Shown piece by piece: positions 19,839 through 29,109 of a DNA stretch of 64,000 bases. The stretch comes from a bacterium (lineage in GTDB: Bacteria; Patescibacteriota; Minisyncoccia; UBA6257; 02-FULL-45-10c). A model generated the notes under the pieces. That model had not been told where the DNA came from, made no database searches, and saw only the letters and a program-made list of their open reading frames with translations. The stretch is from contig JAJYMK010000003.1 in NCBI GenBank assembly GCA_021786945.1, positions 240,361 through 304,360 of the forward strand, written 5' to 3'. Numbering within the stretch: the stretch's first letter is position 1; each line of letters starts with the position of its first letter. The position numbers and the translations under genes were made by a program.

Positions 19839-21680
19839 TTACTTTATAAGGAATTTTATCCTTCTGGTTCCGGCACCAACCGACTCCTGCTTCTGAATTT
19901 TAAAACTACCCACCTGCAAAGTATGTTCAACATGTGGTCCACCGCAAAATTCAATGCTGTAAGCCTTTTCGTTACTTCCTCCTTTAGGCCCAACAAAATA
20001 AACCTTCACTATATTTGGATATTTCTCCTTGAAAAAGAACAAAGCTCCGGTTTTTTTGGCTTCTTCAATAGGCATTTCCTTAAAATAAACCGGCAAATCC
20101 CGATTGATAATATCGTTTACCTCGTTCTCAACTTTTTTGACTTCTTCTTCAGTAAGTTTTCTGGTAAAAGAAAAATCAAACCTGCCCCTTTCCGGATTGA
20201 TATCCGAACCCATTTGCTTTACCTCATCCCCAAGAGTATTTCTCAAAGCTTTTTGGAGTAAATGCGTTGCCGTGTGAAGCCTAATAACTTTTTCCATGTC
20301 TTCATTCGATCCAGCCTTCAATTCACCAGTATCCAATACCAAACCGTGACCGCCAAATTTTTTCTCAGCTCCGGCGCGAGAAGTTTCCTGGTGTTTCTTA
20401 TATTCTTCATCAAAACCAGCTTCATCAAAAATAATTTGCTTCTCCTTACAAAACTCCTGCATTAATTCTTTTGGAAAACCATAAGTTTCATAAAGTGAAA
20501 ATGCGTCATAACCAGAAAGAAAAACTTTTTTCTTAAGACCAACAAGTTCTCGTAAATTTTCAACAAAAGACTGGCTTTTCTTTTCCGAAATTAAATTATT
20601 AAAAATTTTTAAACCATCACTCAAAGCTTTAGCAAATTTACCTTTTTCTTCATAATAGACATTGAGAATCTCTTCTTTGTTTTTTACTTCCGGGTATATA
20701 TCGCCAAAAATTTCATTGACGTTCTCCAAAACCAAAGTAAAAAGATCGGCATGAATATCATATTTAGAGCTATAGGCCAAAACTCTTCTCAAAAGTCTTC
20801 GTAAAATATAACCTGCCTCCTTATTTGAAGGCCTGACACCGTCAGCTATCAAAAATATTGAAGCCCTCAAATGATCAGCTAAAATTCTTATAACCGAAGG
20901 CTCCAAATCATGACTTACTTCATGAATTTGCTTTATAATCGAAGCAAATAAATCGGTTTCAAAAACATTATCAACCCCTTGCATCATGGTAACCAAACGT
21001 TCCAATCCCATGCCGGTATCAACACCGGGAACAGCCAGTTTGTTAAAATTACCGTCCTTATCTTTAAAGTATTCGTTAAAAACAACATTCCAAATTTCAA
21101 CACCTATTCCGGCCTTAGCATCCTCGGGACTTTTAGCTACATAGATTTCTGTTGTCGGACCGCAGGGGCCTTCGTTGCCGGTAGGACCCCACCAATTATC
21201 GGCTCTGCCACTTCTTCTGATTTGTTCCTTAGGTAAACCTATTTCTTCATGCCAAATTTTATAAGATTCTTTATCTTCTGGAGTTGTTGGATCACCGGCG
21301 AAGACAGTCACATAAATCCTATCTCTTTCTATGCCCAATTCTTCAATTACAAATTCATAAGCATAACGAATAGCTTCTTTTTTCAAATAACCTCCAAAAG
21401 AAAAATTACCGAGCATTTCAAAAAAAGTAAGATGAGTATTATCACCAACTTCTTCAATATCGGAAGTCCTGAAACATTTCTGAACTGAAGTAGCATTTTT
21501 ACTTCCAAAATCCCTCACAGCATCGGCTTTGCCGACATAATAAGGCTTAAATTGCTGCATGCCAGCTGTAGTAAGCAAAACAGACGGGTCATCCGGTAAA
21601 AGCGAAGATGATTTTACAATTGCATGTCCCTTTTTCTTAAAAAATTCTAAAAACTTATTTCTAATTTCTTTTGAACTCAT
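19839..21680 (-). CDS. alaS: Alanine--tRNA ligase lacking the C-Ala domain
   Basis: TTAGMQQFKPY, FFEMLGNFSFG, DTGMGLER, editing HTATH...CGGPH; ends just after GTRRI. Confidence 0.96.
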   Translation of the reverse strand: MSSKEIRNKFLEFFKKKGHAIVKSSSLLPDDPSVLLTTAGMQQFKPYYVGKADAVRDFGSKNATSVQKCFRTSDIEEVGDNTHLTFFEMLGNFSFGGYLKKEAIRYAYEFVIEELGIERDRIYVTVFAGDPTTPEDKESYKIWHEEIGLPKEQIRRSGRADNWWGPTGNEGPCGPTTEIYVAKSPEDAKAGIGVEIWNVVFNEYFKDKDGNFNKLAVPGVDTGMGLERLVTMMQGVDNVFETDLFASIIKQIHEVSHDLEPSVIRILADHLRASIFLIADGVRPSNKEAGYILRRLLRRVLAYSSKYDIHADLFTLVLENVNEIFGDIYPEVKNKEEILNVYYEEKGKFAKALSDGLKIFNNLISEKKSQSFVENLRELVGLKKKVFLSGYDAFSLYETYGFPKELMQEFCKEKQIIFDEAGFDEEYKKHQETSRAGAEKKFGGHGLVLDTGELKAGSNEDMEKVIRLHTATHLLQKALRNTLGDEVKQMGSDINPERGRFDFSFTRKLTEEEVKKVENEVNDIINRDLPVYFKEMPIEEAKKTGALFFFKEKYPNIVKVYFVGPKGGSNEKAYSIEFCGGPHVEHTLQVGSFKIQKQESVGAGTRRIKFLIK

Positions 21681-21705
21681 ATGAATAGTTATTTTTTGTA
21701 TTTAT

Positions 21706-22749
21706 TTATTCTTCTAAATTTTCAGGGAGCTGTAAAGTCTCCGATTCTATCCCTGAAGAAGCCCCGGTAATTTTCAAAACATCTTTATCTATCTTTGCCA
21801 ATTCTTTTGAAGCGCTATTGTACATATTTACGGTAGTTCCTAAATGCCCGCCAAGCTTTTTCATGAAAGTTTCATAGCTTCCGATATGTTTACCCAAATT
21901 CTCTACGCGCTTCCTTATTTCCTTGGCAGATTCTTCAATCTGAAGCATTTTCAATCCCTGCAAAACCGTCTGCAAATAAGCCAAAAAAGAAGTTGGAGAC
22001 ACTATGATTACTTTCTTTTCTTTAAAAGCATACTGGATCAGATCCTGAGTATTTGTTTTGATGGCGCCAACCTTATTTATCAACAAATCATAATAAATAC
22101 CTTCGGCAGGAATAAACATAAATGCAAATTCCATTGTTCCCTCTTCGGGTTTTATATATTTTGAAGTTTCATCAATTCTGTTTTTAAGATCCTGCTTAAA
22201 AACTTTTTCGAGTTCAGCATGCCTCACCGGATCATTTTCCTCAATAATCCTATTGTAATTTTCCAAGCTAAATTTTGAGTCTATAGGAATTATTTTATCT
22301 TTAACAAAAATAACAGCATCAACAATGGAACCATCTTTAAATTTATACTGCATCTGATATTGACCGGGGGGAATCACATTTTTCAGAAGCGAATCCAAAA
22401 AATATTCACCGAGCACACCTCGCTGTTTTGGATTTTTCAAAATATCCTGCAAATTTTTAAGCTGATCAGCCATACTAAAAACTTGCTTCTGCCCCTCGCC
22501 CACTTTCGTAAGTTCTTGAGTAATTTCCTTTATCAAACGATTACTTTCCGACATCTGCCTCTGCATTGTTTCGGACATTTCCCCCTTGCTTATATCCAGC
22601 CTTCTTGTTATTTCATGAAGCTGATTTTGCAATAATAAAAGCGAATCACTTTTTGGGGATTCTTTTTGTTTTTTTAAATAAACAAAAATAACCGAAAAGC
22701 CGATAATCAAAACAGCTAGCACTATAAATAATAAAATTTCTGAAGACAT
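21706..22749 (-). CDS. rmuC: DNA recombination protein RmuC
   Basis: TM anchor, coiled coil, RGVLGE, IPIDSKF, FAFMFIPAEGIY, SPTS. Confidence 0.92.
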   Translation of the reverse strand: MSSEILLFIVLAVLIIGFSVIFVYLKKQKESPKSDSLLLLQNQLHEITRRLDISKGEMSETMQRQMSESNRLIKEITQELTKVGEGQKQVFSMADQLKNLQDILKNPKQRGVLGEYFLDSLLKNVIPPGQYQMQYKFKDGSIVDAVIFVKDKIIPIDSKFSLENYNRIIEENDPVRHAELEKVFKQDLKNRIDETSKYIKPEEGTMEFAFMFIPAEGIYYDLLINKVGAIKTNTQDLIQYAFKEKKVIIVSPTSFLAYLQTVLQGLKMLQIEESAKEIRKRVENLGKHIGSYETFMKKLGGHLGTTVNMYNSASKELAKIDKDVLKITGASSGIESETLQLPENLEE

Positions 22750-22819
22750 ACCGAGTCAGTATAAATTCGGCTATGAATTATAATTGCCGCCAGGCAAGGC
22801 CGAATTTTCACTGCCCGGC
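22750..22819 (-). promoter_or_regulatory. Candidate structured leader (H-type pseudoknot) upstream of rmuC
   Basis: Stem GCCGGGCA/UGCCUGGC whose loop AAAUUCGGC pairs with downstream GCCGAAUUU. Confidence 0.45.
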
Positions 22820-22839
22820 ATAATAATTAATTATACATT

Positions 22840-22878
22840 AAAAAGCCCCGACTCGCTAAGAATCGGGGCTTATTTTTT
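22840..22878 (-). terminator. Intrinsic terminator
   Basis: AAGCCCCGA/TCGGGGCTT stem with flanking A/T tracts. Confidence 0.82.
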
Positions 22879-23494
22879 ATGCTCTTTTGATCGGAAAAAT
22901 GCTGGGATTTGGAATCTGACTAGGCCAGGCCCCAATCTTTATAGCGGTATCCACATCTTTCTGAAAACAAAGATGTGTTTTTCCGAACCTTCTTTCAACT
23001 TCTTCACGGCAAAGAATGCATATTTTTTCGATCAACATGCGACGTTTTCCGGCCAAATAGGTCAAAGCATAAACATACATAGCTTCGGCCAACTTGGGAT
23101 TTTCGTCGGGCCTCATCCCCATTTCTCTCATCATTAAACCATTAAAAGATAGACGCTTAGGCTCTTTTTTAACCAAGTAACGACCAGGTTTTATTATCTC
23201 TTTTTTTAATGAAATAATTTCCCGATCGCTAAGATTAAAAATAAAAAGCTTGGGCGCTACAGCGAAAATTTCCTCCACCGTCATCCTTACGGGAACAGTG
23301 AGAAGAATAAAATTTTCCGCCGCATATCTTTTTAATTCTTCCTCGTTTAAAGAAAAAGAAGCGAAACTATTAAGCTCTTTTTCTTTTAAGTTCCTTCCTA
23401 AAACAGCACAAGCTTCAAATAAGCCAATAAAATTTCCTCCGAAAATTATCTTGGCTTTTTCCTCTGCCTCCTTAACCTTTAATCTTGAATTCAT
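22877..23494 (-). CDS. Hypothetical protein (ORFan unit)
   Basis: Start reset to ATG 23494 behind SD GGAGG; no family recognised. Confidence 0.7.
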   Translation of the reverse strand: MNSRLKVKEAEEKAKIIFGGNFIGLFEACAVLGRNLKEKELNSFASFSLNEEELKRYAAENFILLTVPVRMTVEEIFAVAPKLFIFNLSDREIISLKKEIIKPGRYLVKKEPKRLSFNGLMMREMGMRPDENPKLAEAMYVYALTYLAGKRRMLIEKICILCREEVERRFGKTHLCFQKDVDTAIKIGAWPSQIPNPSIFPIKRA

Positions 23495-23531
23495 TTTTTC
23501 CTCCAGAACACACAGAGCATCAAACTTAAAA

Positions 23532-23581
23532 TTTTCAAACAACTGTAAATATATTATAAAATATTTTTACTAAAAAATCAA
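23532..23581 (-). promoter_or_regulatory. Promoter TTGATT-N17-TATAAT and boxA-like GTTGTTTGAAAA
   Basis: Read on the reverse complement; box is one mismatch from GTTCTTTGAAAA. Confidence 0.7.
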
Positions 23582-23617
23582 GTTTTTTATATTTTATTAA
23601 AATTAAAATAATAAAAT

Positions 23618-25783
23618 TTAATCCAATTTAATCGATAAAACTTTTGAAACGCCATCTTCCTCCATTGTTACACCATAAAGAACATCAGATGACTCCATAG
23701 TTGATCTATTATGAGTAACAATAATAAACTGGGATTTTTTAGAAAAATCTTTGATAAGTTCCGCGAATCTTCTGGTGTTTTTTTCATCCAATGCGGCATC
23801 AACTTCATCCAAAACCAAAAACGGCGGAGGGCTTACGGAAATCAAAGCAAATAGCACCGCAATTGAAACCAAACTCTTTTCTCCTCCGGAAAGCATTTCC
23901 AATCCTTTAATTTTTTTACGCGGAATAACCAATTCTAAATCAATACCGGCCGACAATTCGTCGTCTTCTTCATCGGCTTCCGGTTCTTTTACCGCCTGTT
24001 GAGCTTCGTCGGCCAAACCTTCATCGGGTAAAACCTGCTTCTTTGGTTCTGGTTTTTCCAAATAAAGTTTTCCTTTGCCGCCGCCAAACATAAGTTGGAA
24101 AAATTTATTAAACTCTTCATTTATCTTACCCAAAGAAGAAGAAAAATCATTGTGAATTTTTATATCCAGGTCTTTAATTAAAGTGCTCAAATCGTTTGAG
24201 GCCTTCTCTAAATCAGCCAACTGGGTAGATAAGAAATTAAATCTGGTTTCGGTTTCTTTGGCTTCATTAAGCAGCGCCTGATCAATTTCGCCTACACTGG
24301 CCACCTCCGCCCGTAATTTAAATATTCTTCTTTCGGCTTCGAATATATTTACAGCTTCTATGTTTTCCAACCCAGCTTTCAATTCATTTATATTTTTACC
24401 CGCCTGAGAAATCTGAGTTTCAAGATCCTGCATTCTTAGATTAAACCTCTCTGTATCGAAATGAATCCTATTTTTCTCCGATTCCAGCCCGGCTATTTCA
24501 TCTTTTTTGGCTTCAACTAATTGAAAAGATTTTCTGAATTCAGAATTAAAACTTTCCAAATCAGCCGAAAAACCAAATTCCATTTTCTTCAAATTTTCCA
24601 ATTCTTTTATAATCTCGGAAAGCTGAGAAGAAAGCTTATCTTTGCTGGCTTTGAATTCGGCCAATTCTTTAGATACGCCAGCCTCGTTTCCAAACTGCAA
24701 AAAATTATCTATTTTTGAAAAGATTTCGTTTAAAACTGTTTTTATTTTTATTAAATCGCTTTCTTCAGAAAGATTTTTTATAACAGACTTTAAATCATTC
24801 AAAACTACAATAGCTTTTTTTGGATCAACTTCAGTATTAGATGAAAATTCTATTTTCACTTCCAATCTTCCCAATTCTTTTTCTAAAACTGATTTTTTAT
24901 TTAAAAGCTCCTCTCTCTTTAATTGAAGACTATCCAATTGAGCTTTGTTGCTCGGCCTGCTATTTTCTACCTTACTTAACTGTTCATGTAAAACTTTAAG
25001 TTCGGAATTTTTATGAACTAATGCAGTATCTATTTCTTTAAGTCTGGGAGAAAATTTTTCCAAACCAACAAAAATTTCCTTCAATTTATTTTTAAAATAA
25101 ACAGATTCGAGGTCGTTTAATTCTTTTTCGGTTTCACCAAGCTTTTCCCATTTAGCGGTTTGTTTTTTTAAAAATCTCAGATGCGGGCCAATTTCATCCA
25201 GCATTACGCGAACCTTATCTATATTTATTCCAGTATTTTTCAGTTTTCTTTGCGCTTCCTGTTTCTTAATCTGATACTGCCTAAGACCCAAAATCTCCTC
25301 AATCATTTCTCTTCTTTCTTTCGGAGTTGATTTAACAAAAAGATCACTTTCACCCTGATTTATAACGGTTAATCCGTGCGTACCAAGCCTGGCTTTAGCA
25401 AAAAAATCAATTATATCTTTAAGTCTGACCTCGGCTTTATTCAAAAAATATTGGGAAATTCCGTCCCTGTCTATTCTTCGCACGATGGAAACTTCGGAAA
25501 AATCTACCGGAAAAAAGCCGGAACTGTTATCGAAAATCAAAGAAACCTGAGCCATGCCCATTCTGGGCCTCTTTTGTGTTCCTGCAAAAATCAAATCTTC
25601 GGCTTTATCGCCTCGCAAATTCTTGGCTTCACGCTCACCTAAAATCCAACGCACCGCATCAAGCACATTGCTCTTACCGCTGCCGTTCGGACCGACAATG
25701 CCGGCAATACCTCCGGGAAATTCCAAAATAGTTTTGTCCGCAAAAGATTTAAAACCTACCAATTCTAAACGTTTAAGTAACAT
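23618..25783 (-). CDS. smc: Short SMC-family ATPase (721 aa)
   Basis: GFKSF, GPNGSGKSN Walker A, LSGGEK signature, LDEVDAALD Walker B/D-loop; no hinge domain evident. Confidence 0.88.
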   Translation of the reverse strand: MLLKRLELVGFKSFADKTILEFPGGIAGIVGPNGSGKSNVLDAVRWILGEREAKNLRGDKAEDLIFAGTQKRPRMGMAQVSLIFDNSSGFFPVDFSEVSIVRRIDRDGISQYFLNKAEVRLKDIIDFFAKARLGTHGLTVINQGESDLFVKSTPKERREMIEEILGLRQYQIKKQEAQRKLKNTGINIDKVRVMLDEIGPHLRFLKKQTAKWEKLGETEKELNDLESVYFKNKLKEIFVGLEKFSPRLKEIDTALVHKNSELKVLHEQLSKVENSRPSNKAQLDSLQLKREELLNKKSVLEKELGRLEVKIEFSSNTEVDPKKAIVVLNDLKSVIKNLSEESDLIKIKTVLNEIFSKIDNFLQFGNEAGVSKELAEFKASKDKLSSQLSEIIKELENLKKMEFGFSADLESFNSEFRKSFQLVEAKKDEIAGLESEKNRIHFDTERFNLRMQDLETQISQAGKNINELKAGLENIEAVNIFEAERRIFKLRAEVASVGEIDQALLNEAKETETRFNFLSTQLADLEKASNDLSTLIKDLDIKIHNDFSSSLGKINEEFNKFFQLMFGGGKGKLYLEKPEPKKQVLPDEGLADEAQQAVKEPEADEEDDELSAGIDLELVIPRKKIKGLEMLSGGEKSLVSIAVLFALISVSPPPFLVLDEVDAALDEKNTRRFAELIKDFSKKSQFIIVTHNRSTMESSDVLYGVTMEEDGVSKVLSIKLD

Positions 25784-25795
25784 ATTATATAAATA

Positions 25796-26377
25796 TTATA
25801 CCCCAAATTGAACTAATTTTATCAATTCCTCTGTTAATTTCTTTGGTAAACCCATAACACTTTCAAATTCGCCGTCAATCCTATTGATGTACGGCGTCAA
25901 TAGAGAATGTTCTACAGCCAAACCCCCAGCAACATAAAATGGGTCTCCAGTTGCTATATATTTGTCTACAACTTCTTCCGGGATAGGATCTATCCAAGTT
26001 TTGGTAATATCCGTACCTTCAACTTTTTTATTCAAAGCTGTATTTACAACAACCACAGACGTAACAGTCTCGGCCGGATATTTTCTGTATATACTTACAA
26101 ATTCCCTGACTTGTTTTTCATCAACCGGTTTCTCCACTATTTTTCCGTTACAAACCACAACTTGATCGGAAGTAATCAAAATACACTCTTCTTTTTCTTT
26201 AAGTTTTTTTAAAATTGCATCTGCCTTTGCGTTTGCCAAAGCTATTGTAAGTTTTACAGGGTCGTCAAAACGGATCTGCTTCTCGTCTATATCCGCAGTC
26301 ACTACATCAAATTTATACCCCATCTGCTGCAGAACTTTTTTTCTACTGGCAGACTGGGATCCCAAAATTATTTTCAT
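25796..26377 (-). CDS. maf: Maf family nucleotide pyrophosphatase (YceF-like residues)
   Basis: ILGSQSxSR, IDEK, SDQV, EKP, VMGLP. Confidence 0.9.
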   Translation of the reverse strand: MKIILGSQSASRKKVLQQMGYKFDVVTADIDEKQIRFDDPVKLTIALANAKADAILKKLKEKEECILITSDQVVVCNGKIVEKPVDEKQVREFVSIYRKYPAETVTSVVVVNTALNKKVEGTDITKTWIDPIPEEVVDKYIATGDPFYVAGGLAVEHSLLTPYINRIDGEFESVMGLPKKLTEELIKLVQFGV

Positions 26378-27057
26378 TATATTTCTTGTAATGCTTTTTT
26401 GGCCGCTTCTACCTCTGCGTCTTGCTTAGACATCCCCTGTCCTGAAGCGATCAATTTATCGGACAAATATACGCCAACAGTAAAAACTTTTTTATGGTCC
26501 GGGCCCTCTTCGCTAATTACCTTATATATAGGAGTAATTTTTTGACTGGCTTGAGTTTTTTCTTGTAATAAACTCTTGGCGTCTTTATACAAACCTTTTT
26601 CAACAACTTCTTCCAATTTAGCCATAACAAATTTTTCTATAAAACTCTTTGCACCGTCATATCCACCATCCAAATAAATAGCGCCTATTAAAGCCTCGAT
26701 AGCGTTAGCCAAAATCACATCTCTGGCCCTACCCATATCTTTCGCTTCTCCCTTGGAAAGCAACAATGAATTTTCCAGCTCTATTACTTTAGAAACCTCG
26801 GCAAGCATCTGATAATTCACCAGAGCCGCCCTGAAAGACGTAAGCTGGCCTTCCGCTGAATTGGGATATTTTTTGAATAATATTTCCGTAACCACCAATT
26901 CCAATACAGCGTCACCTAAAAATTCCAGTCTTTCGTTATGAGACACTTTCCAGCTTGGATTTTCATTTAAATACGAACGGTGCGTTAAAGCTTCTTTTAA
27001 AAATTCCTGATTTTTAAAACTATAAAAAATAGACTTTTCAAGTTTTTCTAATTCCAT
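26377..27057 (-). CDS. rnc: Ribonuclease III
   Basis: NERLEFLGDAVL signature, EALIGAIYLD, C-terminal dsRBD. Confidence 0.97.
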   Translation of the reverse strand: MELEKLEKSIFYSFKNQEFLKEALTHRSYLNENPSWKVSHNERLEFLGDAVLELVVTEILFKKYPNSAEGQLTSFRAALVNYQMLAEVSKVIELENSLLLSKGEAKDMGRARDVILANAIEALIGAIYLDGGYDGAKSFIEKFVMAKLEEVVEKGLYKDAKSLLQEKTQASQKITPIYKVISEEGPDHKKVFTVGVYLSDKLIASGQGMSKQDAEVEAAKKALQEI

Positions 27058-27080
27058 ATTTTTATTTGATTACTAAACTT

Positions 27081-27121
27081 TAGGCATTAAACACTAGAAT
27101 ATTTCTCGTATCTAATGCCTA
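27081..27121 (-). promoter_or_regulatory. Long RNA hairpin just 5' of rnc (candidate RNase III autoregulatory site)
   Basis: 18 of 19 positions pair on the minus-strand RNA, including two G-U pairs. Confidence 0.6.
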
Positions 27122-27147
27122 GGTTCTAGCTTGATTGATATTAATTT

Positions 27148-27642
27148 TTATTTTTCGACTTTCTTTTCTTCTTTTTTAACTTCCGGCTCGGTTTTTGCCT
27201 CGGGCTTTTTGTCGTCTTTTCCGGGCTCGCCAAGCTCTCTATATACGGTACCCAAAACTCCGTTTATGAATTTACCGGAATTCGGACCGCCATAATTTTT
27301 TGCAATCTCAATAGCTTCGTTTATAGCCACTTTTGGAGGAACTTCTTTCCTGTCCGCATACAAAAGTTCGTAAAGCCCTATTCTTAAGACATTTCTGTCG
27401 ACAATAGAAATTTGCTCAATCGGCCATTCCGGAGCTGCTTTAGTAATAATATTATCTATCTCTTTTTTGTGGGAGATAATATTTTTCATAAGATTCCAGA
27501 CAAATTCCGGCTCATCGATGCCGGGGCCAAATTCAACCATATTTCTTTCCAAGATTTTGGTCAGATCCTCTTTCTGATTATAAAAATCCCACTCGTAAAG
27601 AGATTGTAAAATTATAGATCTGGCTAAATGCCTGGTTGCCAT
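27148..27642 (-). CDS. nusB: Transcription antitermination factor NusB
   Basis: [30 protein letters not shown]. Confidence 0.96.
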   Translation of the reverse strand: MATRHLARSIILQSLYEWDFYNQKEDLTKILERNMVEFGPGIDEPEFVWNLMKNIISHKKEIDNIITKAAPEWPIEQISIVDRNVLRIGLYELLYADRKEVPPKVAINEAIEIAKNYGGPNSGKFINGVLGTVYRELGEPGKDDKKPEAKTEPEVKKEEKKVEK

Positions 27643-27659
27643 TAAATTATTTAATTAAT

Positions 27660-27821
27660 TTATTGCTTTCCGTATTCTTTGCAATTCGGGCAAACTCTGT
27701 GAGACAAAACCGGAGACTTGCAATTTTTGCAGACAGAAACATTAACTTTTTTCAAAGCCTGATGAGCTCTGTGCATGCCAACTCTTGATTTTGATTTGTG
27801 TTTTACTGGTACGCCACCCAT
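27660..27821 (-). CDS. rpmF: 50S ribosomal protein L32
   Basis: Hand-translated MGGVPVKHKSKSRVGMHRAHQALKK...CKNCKSPVLSHRVCPNCKEYGKQ. Confidence 0.93.
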   Translation of the reverse strand: MGGVPVKHKSKSRVGMHRAHQALKKVNVSVCKNCKSPVLSHRVCPNCKEYGKQ

Positions 27822-27887
27822 AGTTTTATTTTATATTTTTATTACTTATACCTATTAAAAATATCATAAAATTTTAAATAAGTAAAT

Positions 27888-27920
27888 AAAAACCCCGGCA
27901 TTTTTGCCGGGGTTATTTTT
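27888..27920 (-). terminator. Intrinsic terminator
   Basis: AACCCCGGCA/TGCCGGGGTT stem with A/T tracts. Confidence 0.85.
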
Positions 27921-27923
27921 GGC

Positions 27924-28367
27924 TTAAGGAAAATGTGTGTATTTATTGGGATTATCCACGCTCTGTCCGTCTTTAATAATAACAGCATCCATCCTTTTGA
28001 AAACCTTGGGCGGTACATTCGTAAACTTGCGGGCTATAAGTCCGCCGTCTTGCCTGCGGAGTATTGCTACCCGCACACAGTCGGGAGTAGAAGTGGCGGT
28101 CACCACTTCGTATATTCCGTTTTCTTCCAGAGAATTCATTCCCTCGTCTCCGGGAAAAGCCGCACCGCAGCCCAACAGAAAAAACCTGCCACAGGCCGTT
28201 ATCAGTAAGATTACGCCTGCAAGCAAAGTAATAGGACTAGGCTCACCTTCAGCCTTTTCGACGTTAGTTTTTTTATGCTCTACGGATTTAGTGTGATAGC
28301 CGCATTTGTAACCGTAAAGCATTAAAAATAAAACTGCTACGACAAGAAAGAAACAAGCTAAGAACAT
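27924..28367 (-). CDS. Hypothetical two-TM membrane protein (ORFan unit)
   Basis: Start reset to ATG 28367 behind SD GGGAGG; two hydrophobic segments; more GC-rich than flanks. Confidence 0.68.
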   Translation of the reverse strand: MFLACFFLVVAVLFLMLYGYKCGYHTKSVEHKKTNVEKAEGEPSPITLLAGVILLITACGRFFLLGCGAAFPGDEGMNSLEENGIYEVVTATSTPDCVRVAILRRQDGGLIARKFTNVPPKVFKRMDAVIIKDGQSVDNPNKYTHFP

Positions 28368-28372
28368 ATTTT

Positions 28373-28434
28373 CCTCCCAAACCAAGATTTAAAGAAACTG
28401 ACTTGATTAAAAACTAAATTAATCACGATGTCAA
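28373..28434 (-). promoter_or_regulatory. Promoter TTGACA-N17-TTTAAT, boxA-like GTTTCTTTAAAT (28387-28398), SD
   Basis: Read on the reverse complement. Confidence 0.65.
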
Positions 28435-28441
28435 TAAAAAT

Positions 28442-28498
28442 AAAAAGCGGCGAGCCCCATTCCTCCATGAAAGAATTGGATTCGCCGCTCTTGTTTTT
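28442..28498 (-). terminator. Probable terminator with long loop
   Basis: AGCGGCGA/TCGCCGCT stem followed by a U-tract on the minus strand. Confidence 0.6.
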
Positions 28499-28919
28499 AG
28501 CGCACCTCCTTGCGCACTTCCTTACGCACCTTGAGCTTGCCCCGCCACATTGGGATGAGCTCGAACTCTTCCTCCTCCCAAGGAGAAAGACGTTCGGGGT
28601 ACTTCGACAGCTCCACCAGGCCAGCCTTCGCCGCTAACCTGCGCAAGCGCAGAAGTCCCCGCTCTTCGATCTGGCGGACACGTTCCCGGGAAAGCTTCAT
28701 CCGCTTCGCTATCTCACTGAGAATTAAGGGCCTTTTAATCCCCAACCCCCAATGCAGACGGATGATCTTCGCCTCCCTTTCGCCGATCTTATCGAGAAGC
28801 AGGTTAAGTTCCAAGGGTACTTGTTTCTTTTCGAATAGCACGGCGGGATCTTCCTGGTGTTTGTTGCCAAGCACCACTACTTCAACTTCATCCTGCCCGA
28901 TTGTGATTCTGAGATGCAT
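28497..28919 (-). CDS. Stand-alone sigma-70 region 4 domain protein
   Basis: EREAKIIRLHWGL...LSEIAKRMKLSRERVRQIEERGLLRLR; no region 2; SD AAAGGAG. Confidence 0.8.
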   Translation of the reverse strand: MHLRITIGQDEVEVVVLGNKHQEDPAVLFEKKQVPLELNLLLDKIGEREAKIIRLHWGLGIKRPLILSEIAKRMKLSRERVRQIEERGLLRLRRLAAKAGLVELSKYPERLSPWEEEEFELIPMWRGKLKVRKEVRKEVR

Positions 28920-28927
28920 TTCTTTTT

Positions 28928-29102
28928 CTCCTTTACCAAATTTTTAACGGGCTCTTGCGAGCCGTTACTGGTATATATAATAACACATTTATATCTATTT
29001 TGTCAATGAACATTAATAAGTTTGACAATAGCCATATTTCATGTTTAAATATCCCCAGTTCTCAAAATCAGGGTTAGCATTCCCTACAAAAATGTAAAGG
29101 AG
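28928..29102. promoter_or_regulatory. Divergent promoters with back-to-back TTGACA (29001-29006 minus, 29022-29027 plus), GCAA-loop leader hairpin, SD on both sides
   Basis: Read directly; minus-strand hairpin TAACGGCTC-GCAA-GAGCCCGTTA at 28945-28967. Confidence 0.65.
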
Positions 29103-29109
29103 AAGTATC

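Noticed and set aside
22784-23137. Plus-strand 117-aa ORF over the rmuC leader
   Set aside because: TTG start, runs through a terminator and is antisense to an SD-led gene
28500-28530. 12-bp tandem repeat encoding VRKEVRKEVR
   Set aside because: About 2.5 imperfect copies at a gene end; simple slippage is enough to explain it
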